The notes under the pieces are model-generated. The model made no database searches, was not told the origin of the DNA, and was given only the letters and a program-made list of their open reading frames with translations. DNA of 64,000 nucleotides, taken from the NCBI RefSeq assembly GCF_018350175.1, contig NC_058368.1, forward strand, positions 160,830,001-160,894,000, written 5' to 3'. This DNA comes from Felis catus (lineage: Eukaryota). Below, piece by piece: positions 39,394 through 53,301 of this stretch (within the stretch, counting starts at the first letter, position 1; each line of letters opens with the position of its first letter). Both the position numbers and the translations under genes were made by a program.

Positions 39394-41596
39394 TTGGAGT
39401 GTAGTTCCTGGAGGACTGCAAATGGAATATATGTTTTCTGCATCTATTTAGTGTTTAATACAGAAAAATTGTTCAATCAACTGTATGTCCGGATTGAATC
39501 TGTTCTTAACCTCACATGGAGAAAAAGCTCAAAAAAAGTAAATGGTAGGGAATTTTAGGAAGAGATAAAACTGTTGCTTCCATGCAATCACCTTCCTATA
39601 CTGAGAAATAATCAGTCAACAATCCTCTCTTGAGAATTCAAAGGTCCTGAATTATTTAGACAGGCCATTGTAGCACTGACTGTTCCCTTACTTTTACCAC
39701 ATAGAATTTCCACTGATAGCTTAGATCTCCTGGCATTTCTGTAGGTCAGTTGCCTCGATAATGAAAATGCAAAAAACAAAACAAAACAAAAACACCAAGG
39801 AAAAGACTACAACAAAAATTTTTCACCAGTAAAATAAAATAAAGTATGAAAGAGTTGTAATTAACCCTGTGCATTACTATATATTGTACTCCAGTTGTGT
39901 TTTTTAAGAGATAGGTCCTAGAAATCTTGTCTTTAAGTACCTCTAATATTCTTTCAATACATTTAAAAGTCAATCTTTGCTAATCTCTTTCCTGAAATGT
40001 ACATTCTTTGACAGATTTAAAATTACATAGCCATAGAAGGTTTTGTCCAAGCTATACTACAGAATTCACAGTTTGACAGTCACATGCATGCACAGAATAC
40101 GTTTGATGGCCTGGATCCTAAATCATGTCTGCTTATGTGTTTTTTTCTTTTATTTTTTCTCCTAAAATGACTATGAGTAAATGGCAACACTCAAGCCAGG
40201 AAAATTGAGATTTTGGTTGGGGGTAGATAATCTAACATAACAGAAGTTGCGAACAGACTCTAAATTTTATAATTTAATATCAGAAATACCAACTGGAAAG
40301 CAGTCAATAAGAAATTATAGAATTTCACTGACCACATTTTGAGAATGATTCATTCAATTCACTTAATGTTTTCCATAACTAACCACTTACTTGCAAGAAC
40401 TACCAGGACATACTTTTTACTGACAGTAATCCTTGCTATTGATTACAAAAGTCTGTTTCAGCTAAACTAAATTGACATTTATATCGCTAACTTAGCAGGT
40501 ATGAAATTTTAAGGAGTCTATTGCTCTGCCCTGAGGGGCAGCAGCATCACATAACATAAAAGGCTTTGATCTGGCTTCTAAGGTAGAAGGAAAGAAAATG
40601 TATATACAAGTAGCAGTTCTTTTTTTCATACAGCAATTTAGCTGCACAGTGGACTACACTGTTTTTATTGTGCACAGAAAGGCATATTTTGATGAATGGA
40701 TTTATAAATACATATCATCTGGTTGGATTCAGCTGTTAATAAGTGTAATGAAAAAAGGGAAGTATCAAATTAAGCATGATTAAACTTGGGAAACAAGCCT
40801 TTTATAATTCTTAACGTTTTCTTTAGAGTCTAGATAAGAATAAAATTTCCCTGAATTCACAATACATTCAAGATACCTGTGACTAATGATAATAAAGGCA
40901 GAAACTAGTATGATTCAGTATTATTGTCTCACTAATATTACTATTCAGGTTATTAAATTTGGATGGCCCATTTCTTCTTCTATACTGTACTTATTATATT
41001 CCTATCCTATTAGAAAATAAATTCAGTTTCCTATCTAATATTGCTGCAAAGCTATTTTAGTGTATTGTAAAGAATCTATGATCCTGCTCTTTTGATAGAT
41101 TCTATTGTTTCTTTTTCATTAATATTGATTAATGAAATGGTATTGTCCTCCCCTTTACTCTAAGTCCACTTACTTTCAGGGATTTGATTATTTAGCTATT
41201 GCTTCAATCCTAGTCTTAAACAGGTTTCTATTTAAATTCTCTTCTCTATTTATATTTGGTCTGATTTTTAGAACTCATTCTATTAAGGTTCCAACATCCA
41301 TTTCAATATTGTTAAAGTTATTTTATTTTTATGGACTATTATGAAAACAACTGCCTTTGAACAATTTTCTATGTTTCAGGTTGCAATAATGCCATTAGTA
41401 CATGTTATTTAAATTAATAATCTAGGGAATATCTGCTAATATCTACACTACTGAATAAACTGAAAATATTATATTTTTTCATAAATGTTTAATGTTTTCT
41501 CATCTATTTATAAATCTTTTCAAATAATTGGGTTTGAAATGTCATAAACATTATATGGTTATATTATGAATATTCTTTATAATATTCATTTAGTAT

Positions 41597-41712
41597 GGTG
41601 CCTGGCTGGCTCAGTCTGGAGAGCATGTGACTCTTAATTTTGAGGCTGTGAGTTCGAGCCCCATGTGGGTAGAGATTAAATATATAAATAATTAAAAAAA
41701 CAAAACAAAACC
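41597..41712 (+). mobile_element. Short old CanSINE
   Basis: ggtgcctggctggctcagtctggagagcatgtgactctt...gagttcgagccccatgtgggtagagatta; flanking catttagt on both sides. Confidence 0.9.
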
Positions 41713-42557
41713 ATGTGCATTTAGTTATCTTTAACTGGAGGCACTCTCACAACAATTTGAAATGTATGGAGTAAGATTAACAAACCTATTTTTCTTTGTA
41801 CACTAAAACAACATTTGCAATATATCCTGAAAATTCTGCTTCATCAGAAAAATATATTTTTAAAATATTATCAGATTTGAAGAACAGGAGAGTGGTGAAT
41901 ATTTATTGTCTTTTAAATAATGTATAAGTAGGCTAGCAGGAAGTGAGTGACATTGGAGTTTGTGAAAGGTAAGAAAATATAATGAGAATGCAAGGCCTGT
42001 ATAAAATAAACATATTTTGCATGATACAAGGAAGTAATGATATTTCTCAAGGAGATCAAAAGATAAATCATGAGGTTGTTAATAAACTTGTAATTTTCAC
42101 CAATTAAAATCACAGCAAGTTTTATAACTATTTATATTATTAAGGTCTTTTAAATACAGAACTCTAAAGAGGAAAAAAGTCCCTACTCCTCATATAATCA
42201 ATCAGTATTGATGAGTTTGAAAATATAAATGGGTATGTTTAAATTCAAATGTATAAAATGAAAAGGAAAATTCCATACTCCCTCCCACATTTCCCTATTC
42301 TTATAGGTGTACCTACTGTCACATGTTTTTTGCATTCCACAATCAGAAACAGACAGCTAGATAAATAAGTAAATGCATGTAAGTTCCTATCTTTTGATAG
42401 CAACAAATAGATTTTTTATACAACTTTTTTTCTTTTAGTATATATACATTGTACTATAAACCTTCCATCTATTGCCTTTTGCCATAGTATATTTTGGATA
42501 TATTTTCAAATCAGCATAGTAAAGACATAACTTGTTTTTGTATATAAATATAAATGT

Positions 42558-42591
<34 letters not shown>

Positions 42592-43259
42592 CAGAATGTA
42601 TTTAAATAATTTCTGCTTATTAAACTTCAGTTATACTTACTTTGTTATTATATGCAGTTTTGCAAAACGTATCCTATTGTATATAAGCATATTTTTTAAG
42701 TATAACCCTATGACATATTTCTACATCTAGAATCTATTGTTTATAATTTATTTTGTGTAGCTGTCAATTTTGACCCTAAAGGTGTTGAGTTGCCATGAAT
42801 CTACTCCCTAACTTATTATCTCTTTTTTTTTCCTCTGTCCCTCATTTTCTCTCAATTACCAGGTATCTCATAGCTTAAAAACTGCTATCTCATTTGTATT
42901 TTTTTTATTTACAGGTGATGCTATATGTCTTTCTGTGTATATACTAATATTTCTAATTGCTGCTATTTTACTCTCAATTGCTGACTTATATCCTTTCATA
43001 ATTGGCCTATTTTCTAAATCTTGGTTGAGGCTTTTTTACATTAATAGAGTTGTTTTCAAAAATACTTTGTTTTTCTTACTTTTATTTCTCCCTTTCTTTT
43101 CTGTCATTATTTTGCAAAACAAAAGTATTTTGTTCCGCTTTGTAGCTTTTCATTAAAAGCATTGAAAAATAATTTCTGATTAAATCATTTCTCATTTCTG
43201 GTTGAAAGGACTTCTCCACCTTACGATCATAAACATATTAAAACTGTGTTTTATCTAGA

Positions 43260-43826
43260 ATAGCATTAACTGAAAGTATGTTGTGAGCCAGATATATAAT
43301 TTAAAATTTTCTAGTAGTCACATTGAAAAAGTAAAACAAGTAAAATTAATCTGATAACATATTTTATTTCAAATATCCTAATTATTATTTTAACATGTAA
43401 TCAATGTAACAGTTATTAATAAGATATCCTGTAGTATTTTATGATTGGCATATTTTAGACTTACAGGACAAAATGTGAAGTTTTCATCAGAAATACTTGA
43501 TCTGTGTTTTACTTTTCATTTTTTTTTCTTTTTTTCTTTCCAAGATATTTAAATTCACATTAGTTAACATAAAGTGTAGTATTGGTTTTGGGTGTAGAAT
43601 TTAGTGATGTGTATTTTAATTTTATACAATTTACAGCTTAAAATGTAGATGACATTTCAAGTTTTTCCAATCATGTGTAAATATTTTCTAATAACTGAAT
43701 CAAATATCAGTTTTTAATTAAAATATAAATTAAATAAAATTAAAACTTGAGTTGCCAGTTACACCATTCATATTTGAAGTTCTCAAAAGCCACATGAAAT
43801 TAGCAGCTCTCACATTAGAAGCACTG
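43260..43826. mobile_element. hAT-Charlie MITE (MER33/Charlie1-like)
   Basis: taatttaaaattttctagtagtcacatt...aaaagccacatg...; flanked by tctaga at both ends, the typical Charlie target. Confidence 0.75.
43519..43608 (-). mobile_element. Very short carnivore L1 3' tail inserted in the MITE
   Basis: Poly-T then ttagttaacataaagtgtagtattggttttgggtgtagaatttagtgat. Confidence 0.65.
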
Positions 43827-46319
43827 TTCTAGAAATTGTACAGTTTAGTCATTTGAATGGCTAATTTATCCATTTGAATGATTTTGGGATCCAGTTTCAT
43901 TTTTCTCCCAAAGAGTTAAGCATTTTATTAACATTATATTTTTTTAATTAAAAAGTTTAAATAAAATATTTAAACTAAAATTTTTTTAGATAATTTTTTA
44001 ATAAAATTTTTTCACCACTAATTTTTGTCAACAAAATTCCTATTCTTTGGGTCTATTTCCATGTTGTTCTTCTGTCTCAGAGTTTCTTGCCTATTTCTTC
44101 TCTGCATTTTTTATTTCCTGATAACTCTGGTATAACCCAATTCTGCCTTCCTGTTTGTATTTAAATAACTATATAATTTCTTCCTAAAGTGCTCTGAAGA
44201 AACTGTTTTCATTTTAGCTCACATGTCAATTTTAATATGGTTGGAGTAGATACCATTGTAGTTAAAAAGTATTCACGTTTTTCCACTTTCACTGAGAAGT
44301 TTGGCTTCACTTTTTTAGTCATACTTTTCTGTGTATTTTTCCCCATTTATAGGAATCAGATTTATTGTTAAATTCTTCACTAAGAATGCTGAGTTAGAGC
44401 ATTTATCTCCTTTTATTTACTGTATTCTGGTAGGCTTTTGAGAAATTCCCCAGGTATACTGCAGCACATGTGTTCATTTTGCTCCCCAACACCCCAAAAT
44501 ATTTTTGCATCAAAACTAAATGATCATTTAGTCTCCAAATATTGAAGGCAAAATATCATCCTCTGTTTCAAATTCAACACTGCATTTTATGTAACTTTTC
44601 TCTTTAGGCTCCCGGACATCCTTGTGGCATGTAACCGGCAGCATCAATGCCACTAATGGTCTCTCCAGTGGCATCTCCCAGATCCTGGCTGGGTTTTATC
44701 AGGGAATAGAGCATCTTTCTTCAATTTCTTCCATTTTTCAGTTTTAATTACTTCAGTTCAAGTTTATATTTTTGGATAAAGTGATGCAGGTAAAGAAAGA
44801 ACTGAATTATTCTCTTTGATAGGCCCACACTGGAGTCTTCCCACCTACATGTACATTCTACACGAGCATGAATTCCACAGTGTGGCAAGGGTGTGCTGTG
44901 GGAGAGACGCAAACACAAGGAACTTTCTTACACCTTTGTGGTACTGGTGGGGGTGGGGGCAGTTCTTAATAATTGCTTTATTTTTGTAACTTATTCTTCT
45001 CTTCTTATTTTCTTGGTAAGGCCCATTTAACAGTGTGTCACATTCTAAAGGAGCATACATTCAGCTCCAAAAGACTTTAAAATGATGCAACATTGATGCA
45101 ATGTGCTTGAAAAGGAAGCTTGGAAACTGTAACATTCCATCCTTAAACAAGGCACTACTGTTCTAAAATTCATCTTTGGACAGTTTTTCCCTCAAAGTTC
45201 TTATCATCTCAAGGGCTGCTCCTTCAAATTTGGTGTCTACCCCAAATTAAAACTTGAGTTGTCATCTCTCTGTAATTCTTTCCTTTCACTTTGCAGATAT
45301 TAGCTATTCTCTGATAAACAGATTTAATTTCCTTTTAATGTAAACCAAATATGCTTTTCCTCGACTATTCCACTTTTCTCTATTTCTCCATATCAAATGA
45401 CAATGGAAACAGAACTATGTAGAGAGAATGCATAATTATCTGAATAAGTATATATGCCTTAATATTTTCCATGTTATATTTATGAATATATATTTGATAT
45501 GGATTTCTTTACCTGTCACATAAAAAGTTTTCAAATTATTCACCATACAGAGATTATATCTAAATATAGATTTACATAGGTCTCATCTGCCTTTTTAAAC
45601 ACCAGTTATCATCTGATAGTTATCATTATTCACTGTATTATTGGATTAAGATAAAATATTGTCGAAACCAGGCAGTCTTCTCCACACAAATTAAATACTA
45701 GATATTAACACTTGTTTACTTTTTATTAAAACTGTTTCTTCTAAATTGCCAAAATGCCTAAGAGTGAATTTTTTTTTTCCAAAGTAAATGATACTTTATA
45801 TAACACCAAATACATTTCTTGTTGTGGGGGAGGAAGGCAGGGGCACTATTTGGTGGTTTGGAAGTCATTCCTAGTTTTTTATTCAAATTCTCAATAAATT
45901 ATTCATACTCATAGACTATATCCAAGGTCAACTGTATTTGTGTTTAGATGAAATTCCTAGGATCCAAACTCAAATAGGATCTAGCATTTGTGAAGTTCTG
46001 GAAAAGAGAACTTCCTTCATCTACTAGTGCTTCTAATATTTCCTTTATAACCAAGAAAGGATGATTTGGAGGGAACATTTTCTCTCCCCCTATATCCAAA
46101 GTAACAGATGCGTTATTCTTTGGGCATATCCCCTCCAGGACACAGCTTTATGCAAAGCAGAATCACCAAAGCCATTTCTAAAATTCAAACCTGATCTGTT
46201 TAGTAATGTAATCTGGACTCATACTATGGGTAGTTTCAACACTTACAAATGTACTCAACACTTTATACACAATCCTTCAACATACATATGTAAATCTTAT
46301 AAAATATGGCTAATTCCTT

Positions 46320-46585
46320 ACCAACATATTTATGGATATGTCTCCAAAAGCAAGGGAAACAAAAGCAAATATAAACTATTGGGATAATACCAAATTAAAA
46401 AGCTTTTCCACAGTTAAAGGAAGCCATCAATAAAACAAATAGGCAACCTACTAAAGGAGAGAAGATACTTGTAAATGATATACCTCATAGAAGTTTAATA
46501 TACACAACACATAAAGAACTTAGACCACTCAACACCAAAAAAACAAAATCTGATTTAAAAATGAGCAGACCTGAACAGACACTTT

Positions 46586-46643
<58 letters not shown>

Positions 46644-47560
46644 TATATAGTTACAGATAAATAATTACAGATATAGATATATAGTCAACTCATACCAGTC
46701 CAACTGGCTAATATCAAAAAGACAAGTGGGGCACCTGGGTGGCTCAGTCAGTTGAGGAACCGAGTTCCACTCAGGTCATGATCTCGCTGTCCATAAGTTC
46801 AAGCCCCACATTGGGCTCTGTGCTGATGGCTGAGAGCCTGGAGCCTGTTTCAGATTCTGTGTCTCCCTCTCTCTCTGCCCCTCCCCAACTCATGCTCGCT
46901 CTCTCTCGCTCTCTCTCGCTCTCTCTCTCTGTCAAAAATAAACAAACATTAAAAAAATTTAAAAAAGACAAGAAATAACAAGTGGAAAAAGAAAACACTC
47001 GTTCACTGTTTGTGGGAATGTAAACTGTGCTTCCACTGTTCAAATAGGTATGGAGGTTTCTCAAAAAATTAAAAACAGAAATACCATATGATCCAGTAAT
47101 TCCACTCCTGGGTTTTTATCCAAAGAAAATAAAAACACTAATTTAAAAAGATATATGCACCCTTATGTTTACTGTAGCATTACTTACAATAGCCAAGGTA
47201 TGGAAGCAACCTAAGGGTCTGTTAGTACATGAATGGACACACGTGTGTATACACACAATGTAACATTACTCAGCCATACAAACGGCATTACTCTTGACAT
47301 TTGCAACAACATGGATGGACATAGAAGGTACTATGCTAAGTGAACCAAATCACAGAAAGACAAATGCCATATGATTTCACTTTTATGTGGAATCTAAAAC
47401 ACAAAGCAAATGAATAAAGGAAACATATACTCTTAAATACAGAGAACCACCTGGTGATTGCCAGAGGGTAAGAGAATGGGTAAAACAAAGGGGATTAAGA
47501 GGTACAAACTTCCAAGTATAAAATAAGTAAGTCACAGAGATGGAAACTACCCATAAAATA
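46320..47560 (+). mobile_element. 5'-truncated carnivore L1 (ORF2 end and 3' UTR)
   Basis: atatgtctccaaaagcaagggaaacaaaagcaaat...ccatatgatccagtaattccactcctggg...gggattaagaggtacaaacttcc. Confidence 0.92.
46728..46961 (+). mobile_element. CanSINE nested in the L1
   Basis: TSD aaaaagacaag at 46716-46726 and 46962-46972. Confidence 0.95.
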
Positions 47561-48109
47561 AAGTAAGGCTAATTTCAATAATTACTGTGGAAAACTATTG
47601 CTTTAAAACCTTTCAAGATGCTAGTAGGAAACTCCACAGGCAAAATGGAAAAGTCAGGAATTATAGGCTGAATTGAAAATTTAGGAAAAGATAACTTTGG
47701 AAAGAAATACTTGAAAATAAAATATCAACAAGATACAGACAGTAGTACTAGACATAGCAAATGCTCTGATTATCAGAAACGAATATTTCCAAATAGCACA
47801 CTTGCTACTACATATTCCCAGAAAATTGAAGTTATTTTTATATTTGAACAATATGAAATTCTAAAATACAAATCCCAAAACTCTATGGACCTCATATTAT
47901 TCATTTTTCTAGAAAAGAGAGATCTTTTTTTTTTTTTTTCCTGACAGGTAGTCAGTCTTCTTTGCCTCATTTGTGAAGATACTTGACAATCTAGCCTGTC
48001 CTCGTATACCTGGCAGAATTTAAAAATACGATTATGCATGATCCAGTTAGTCTTAAATATAGTATTGCACAGCACAGGTAATGATAGAATATTTAGTGGA
48101 AAAAATAAA

Positions 48110-48516
48110 GCCATGTGAATATTTTTTTATGAAAGGTATAAACAAGATCAAAAACAGACCTTTCCCTTTACCTATGCCTAATGACAAAGCCAGACACAGT
48201 TCCTTCCCCTTTCATCCTTCCTGTCATGATTTTTGTCCCAGGAGTAATTAGAATTAGAATGTCGTGTCCCCCAGAAACTAGCTCGACACAGAGATAAACA
48301 TTTCCCATTCAAATAAGTGACTGACACTCCCCCTACACACAAAATAACTCTGAGCGTAAAGCACCCTGACTATACTTTCTTCCCCTCACTATAAAAGTTG
48401 CTAAGGCAAAAAATACTCTTCTGAGACACTTCGATTTTCAGATATAGCCTGTTCTGCTTATTGCAGTGGCCCAATAAAATCATCTCTTAATTGTCTGAGG
48501 AATTTTATCTTTGACA
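48110..48516 (+). mobile_element. Solo LTR (ERV1/MER34-like); 5' boundary approximate
   Basis: TATAAAA at 48390, AATAAA at 48473 and terminal ...ttttatctttgaca, in U3-R-U5 order. Confidence 0.65.
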
Positions 48517-49369
48517 GTGCCATCCATCTCCATCAATAATTCTAAACAGATAAAAGAAGAAGTAATAGCATTTGAACTGAGGCAAGTGACTTAAAGAATG
48601 AAAACAATATGGAGGAAACAGATGAATCTGAAACACATATTTCATTGTCAATCAGTACTTGACAGATAATACAAAATTCTACATTAATAACTTATATGCA
48701 TGGGAGTTCGAACGATTTCATAAGATCAATTTCAATGAACGCTGCCTTGAAGAACTATTTCTAGAAATAAAGGGAGAATATTGTTGCATCCAGAAATGAA
48801 GAAGTACAAGACTTACCATTCCTTCACTACTATATAATCTTCAGTTTTCTTCTCTAAACAAGTCTCTTCTCTACCATCTGCTCTATTTTATTGTTACCAC
48901 TTTTGCAATATATCTAATAAATAGAAGAGATATACAATTTACCAGAACTCTCAATATGATGTGAAATCAAAGAAAGTAAAAAGGAGCAGTACTAAATTCA
49001 GAATGACAGAATTATATTGAAAAAATTCTAGTATAAAATTATTTATAATCTAAACCACATATACGTGTCTTGTTGATCTCATTCACTTTCTATTTCTTTT
49101 TTTTTTTTTTTTTTTTGTAACTTCTGGGATTTTCTTCTCATGTCCCAATAATTGGACCCATATACAATGCCTACAGCTTATCTTTTGTTTAAAAATTTTC
49201 TTTGTCCTGTTGACATCCACAGCAAGGCACTATTTCTATCTTCTTCAGTTACTGCTAGACTTCCCTAGTTCTCGCTTAGCTACAGATTGTCTGACAAAAT
49301 GGAAGGATAGATCATAATTCAAATGTGTTCTTGTAATATGTGTATAAAGACAATAAACCTTAAATTTTT

Positions 49370-49735
49370 AAATATTTTTCAAAATTGTCAAGGTCATAAT
49401 AAAACAAACAAGACTTAAATACAGTCACAGATTGGAAGAAACAAAGGAGAAATTATAATTAATAATTAAATACAATGTGCTATTGTGGATGGAGCCTGGA
49501 GCAGACAGCACTATTGGAAAAAATATGAGGAAATGTGAATCAAGTCTGGAGTTTAGCTGATGGTAGTACACAAATGTTGGTTCTCAGTTTTATAAAAATA
49601 TATCATCATGCTGTAAAATTTTACAATTGGCAAAAAATCTAGATGAAGAGTGTATGAGATAAGATAGAGAATTCTATCTTTCCAATTTTTCTGTAAATCT
49701 AAAATTACCACAAAATACAAAACTAAAACTAAAAC
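49370..49735 (+). mobile_element. L1MC-type 3' UTR remnant
   Basis: tcaaaattgtcaaggtcat...aaatacaatgtgctattgtggatggagcctgga...tttttctgtaaatctaaaatta. Confidence 0.75.
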
Positions 49736-51300
49736 ACAACAACATTATAGAAGTACCTACCTTATTCTTCTTCAAGAAAACCTCCACAAAGTTATCTTTT
49801 TCTGAGAGACTGTCTCAAAGTCCTGACTATGCTCACTGGGAGAGTTCTCGTTTGGATTTGATGATGTCACTCAATGCTCTCAAACCTGGAAATCAAAGAA
49901 ATGATATTGTCTATATTCTCCATCGTGACCATCATTCTGGTTGAGGCTTGTGCTCTTGGCCCTTCTTCCCCACTCTGGGTAGCTTTGGGTCACCTTCTCT
50001 CAGGAAATGTGCCAACAGAAAGTTCTTTAGGAAAAAAAAAGTCTGAAGCCTCTCCTTTTCATATGATTCAAACTCTATTTTATTGCAACATTTGGGACAC
50101 AAACCATTCTATCATTCATTGCCATTTCTAACCTGTTACACCCCTATTAAGTCACACGTGTACTTCCTCCAGCCAAAATCAAGTGAGAATGAAGATGCAA
50201 AAGCTATGGTTTATCTACATCTCAAGCTCAGCAATTCATCGGATATAACCAGCATGTCAAATTCCCCTGAAGTGCACACACAGAATTCTGCTCTTTTATT
50301 GTTACGAACAATAGTTGAGCACAATTTTCTCTGAGAGGTTCACCAAAAGTCTCTACTAAAAATAAAAACAAAGCAACTATTCAATAACGGTCAAAAGTGA
50401 ATATTAATCATTGGTTATTTGATGGAGTTGGTATTCATCATGTTCCTTAACTAGCACTAAATCTGCATTTACAACTCTGCCCTGAAACAACTTAACTCAT
50501 GCTGTAAAGTCTTGCTAACAAGCTGGGCTCCGGTGAAGACACTTCCTAGCAAAATGTATAATTTGAATCCGAAGAATATATATGCTTTTTGACCATATGA
50601 AGCAAAGGTTTCATTACCACCATGTTCTGCTTCCATTAAGTATTTAAACTCCTCCCTTATTCTTTAATGATTAACACTTTAGAGTCGGTATGATGTGCCA
50701 TTTCTTCACAGGCCTTCATGTCATCTACGAAGTTTGTTTTATACGTATATAGCCAATGGCTGTATAGGAGGCAGATGTGACTGCGAGGCCTTTTAAACAG
50801 TTGAAAATCCATTCATATTGTTATCTGATTCATAGGCCATGAAAATTAATATTATTTATGTTCTACATGGCTGCCTTTACTGCAGGAAGTTAAAAGGTTT
50901 GGAGAGAGATGGGACATTTAAAGGAATTATTTTTTTCAACTTGGAAGAAAGATGGCATGTAAAGGAGCATTAAAAATTCACAGATGTACAAAGTGCTTTT
51001 GGATTTGCTAATTGTTTTCAAAGATTTACACGGTATCTAGAGAAATAGAAAGTTATGAGCTATAATAAATTTTTATGTAATTTAAAAAATTGATTTGGAT
51101 CAGAAGCACTTATTCACCAGTATGGATGTTATTGACTTCATGTAAGAGCAATAAATATTTTGCATTTAAATTAAAATGGTGCATTACATTACTTGTATCT
51201 GCATCTACCCACAAGGCTACTGATGTATGACTTTATGCCTGCAAATAACAAAAGGGGGCAGGCGACATTAGGAGCAGTTATTTCTGTTGTTCTATTTTTT

Positions 51301-51522
51301 TTAATTAAAAAAAAATTTTAATGTGTATTTTTGAAGGAGAGAGAGACAGAGTGTGAGTGGGGGAGGGGCAGAGAGAGAGAGAGGGAGACACAGAATGTGA
51401 AGCAGGCTCCAGGCTATGAGCTGTCAGCACAGAGCCCGACACGGGGCTTGAATTCACAAACTGCAAGATCATGACCTGAGCCCAAGTCGGACGCTCAACT
51501 GCCTGAACCACCCAGGCTCCCC
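51301..51522 (-). mobile_element. CanSINE
   Basis: TSD tctgttg(t/c)tctatttttt at 51283 and 51523. Confidence 0.95.
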
Positions 51523-51612
51523 TCTGTTGCTCTATTTTTTTAAATTGAATATTATTTGAAAACATAACTTATGCCATATCATTAAAGAAAATTATTAAAA
51601 AGATCATGAATA

Positions 51613-51816
51613 GGGGCATCACTCAGTGAGTTAAGTGTCCAATTCTTGGTTTTGGCTCAGATCATGATCTCATGGTTTGTGGGTTCGAGGCCCGCATCAG
51701 GCTCTGTGCTGGCAGCATGGAGCCTGCTTGGGGTTCTCCCTTTCTCCTTTCTCTGCCCCTTCTCCGTTTTGGCTCTCTCTCTCTCTCTCAAAGTAAATAA
51801 ATAAAACTTTAAAAAA
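51613..51816 (+). mobile_element. CanSINE
   Basis: Imperfect TSD aaaaagatcatgaata / aaaaaggtaatgaata. Confidence 0.92.
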
Positions 51817-52120
51817 GGTAATGAATATTCTCTTAAATGTTTATTAGAAACGACAAAGTATCTTTTTATTCCATATACTTAATTCTCTTTGGTTCATGTA
51901 CCAACCACATTATTTTCATCTGTTCATTTTAATTAAACATACCCCTCCTAAAAAAAGATACAAAATATGCTATATATTAGAGTATATATAATGTCTTGTT
52001 TGTATACTCTAAACACAAAGATTGTATAACTTCTTCACATTATAAAAATAGCTGTTTATTAAAATTTTAATTTAATTTAAGTATAGTTATCATATAGTGT
52101 CATATAAAAATAAATGTTAT

Positions 52121-52330
52121 GTGGTGGCTAGGTGGCTCAGTCAGTTGAGCATCTGACTTCAGCTTAGGTCATGACCTCACAGTCCCTGAGTTCAGCCCCA
52201 CTTTGGGCTCTGTGCTGACAGCTCAGAGCCTGGAGCCTGTTTCAGATTATGTGCCTCCCCTCTCTCTGCCCTTCCCCACTCATGCTCTGTCTCTCAAAAA
52301 TGAATGTTAAAAAAATAAAAAGTAATAAAA
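52121..52330 (+). mobile_element. CanSINE
   Basis: ggtggctcagtcagttgagcatctgacttc...ctgtgctgacagctcagagcc and A tail. Confidence 0.93.
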
Positions 52331-52358
52331 ATAATCCTTCTTTTACTGATTGTTTTTT

Positions 52359-52586
52359 ATTTTTCTTCCGAAAATATTTATTTATTTATATATATTGAGA
52401 GAGAGCAAGAGAAGGAACAAGCAGGGGAGGGGCAGATAGAGAGATAGAGAAATAGAGAATCCCAAGCAGGCTACGTACTGCCAGCACAGAGTCTGATGCA
52501 GGGCTTTATCTCATAAATCATAAGATCATGACCTAAACCAAAACCAAGAGTCAGATGCTTAACTGACTAAGCCACTCAGGTGCCCC
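52359..52586 (-). mobile_element. CanSINE
   Basis: TSD tttactgattgtttttt at 52342-52358 and 52589-52605. Confidence 0.94.
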
Positions 52587-53066
52587 AATTTACTGATTGT
52601 TTTTTAAAGGACACTAGTCACCAAGGAGACTAAAGAATATCATACCTTTCTAATTGTTTAAGTTAGAGAAGACTGATAATTGGAAGAATGACAAAAATGC
52701 TTATAGACTTCAGGCATGCTCAGACAAGGGGGGGTAAAATTCATCTTTGACAGAGTGTTAGGTCCTTTTCATTGTCAGAAAAATCCGTTAGAATATTTTT
52801 CACATACCTAACCAAAAGCTGATTCTTGTGTTTAATCCTTTGTCTTTATAGCTCTATGGAGTGCCACAGAGTAAGACAGATATGATCAGCTCATTTGAGA
52901 GTATGTATATTCCTTTGATTTAAAAAACTTTCATAGTTTCTTTAGAGGTTTCATATCTAGTTTGCTTTCCTTACAAGTATTTTAACTCTTGTTCCTCATA
53001 AAAATCTGGATTTCTGAAGTAAAAGCAACGTAGGGTTTTACCAAGTCTATAAAATGGATCTATCCT

Positions 53067-53270
53067 GGAGCACTTGGGTGGCTCAGTCTAACGGTTAAGC
53101 ATCTGACTTCAGCCCAGGTCGTGATCTCGTGGTTTGTGAGTTCAAGCTCAACATTGGGCTCTGTGCTGACAGCTGGGAGCCTGGAGCCTCCTTCTGATTC
53201 TGTCTCCCTATCTCTCTGCTCCTCCCCTGCTCATGCTCTGTCTCTCTCTGTCTCAAAAATAAATAAACAT
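53067..53270 (+). mobile_element. CanSINE
   Basis: Standard body and aaaataaataaac tail. Confidence 0.94.
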
Positions 53271-53301
53271 GAACATGGAATGATCCTTTCTTCTGGATTC
53301 T

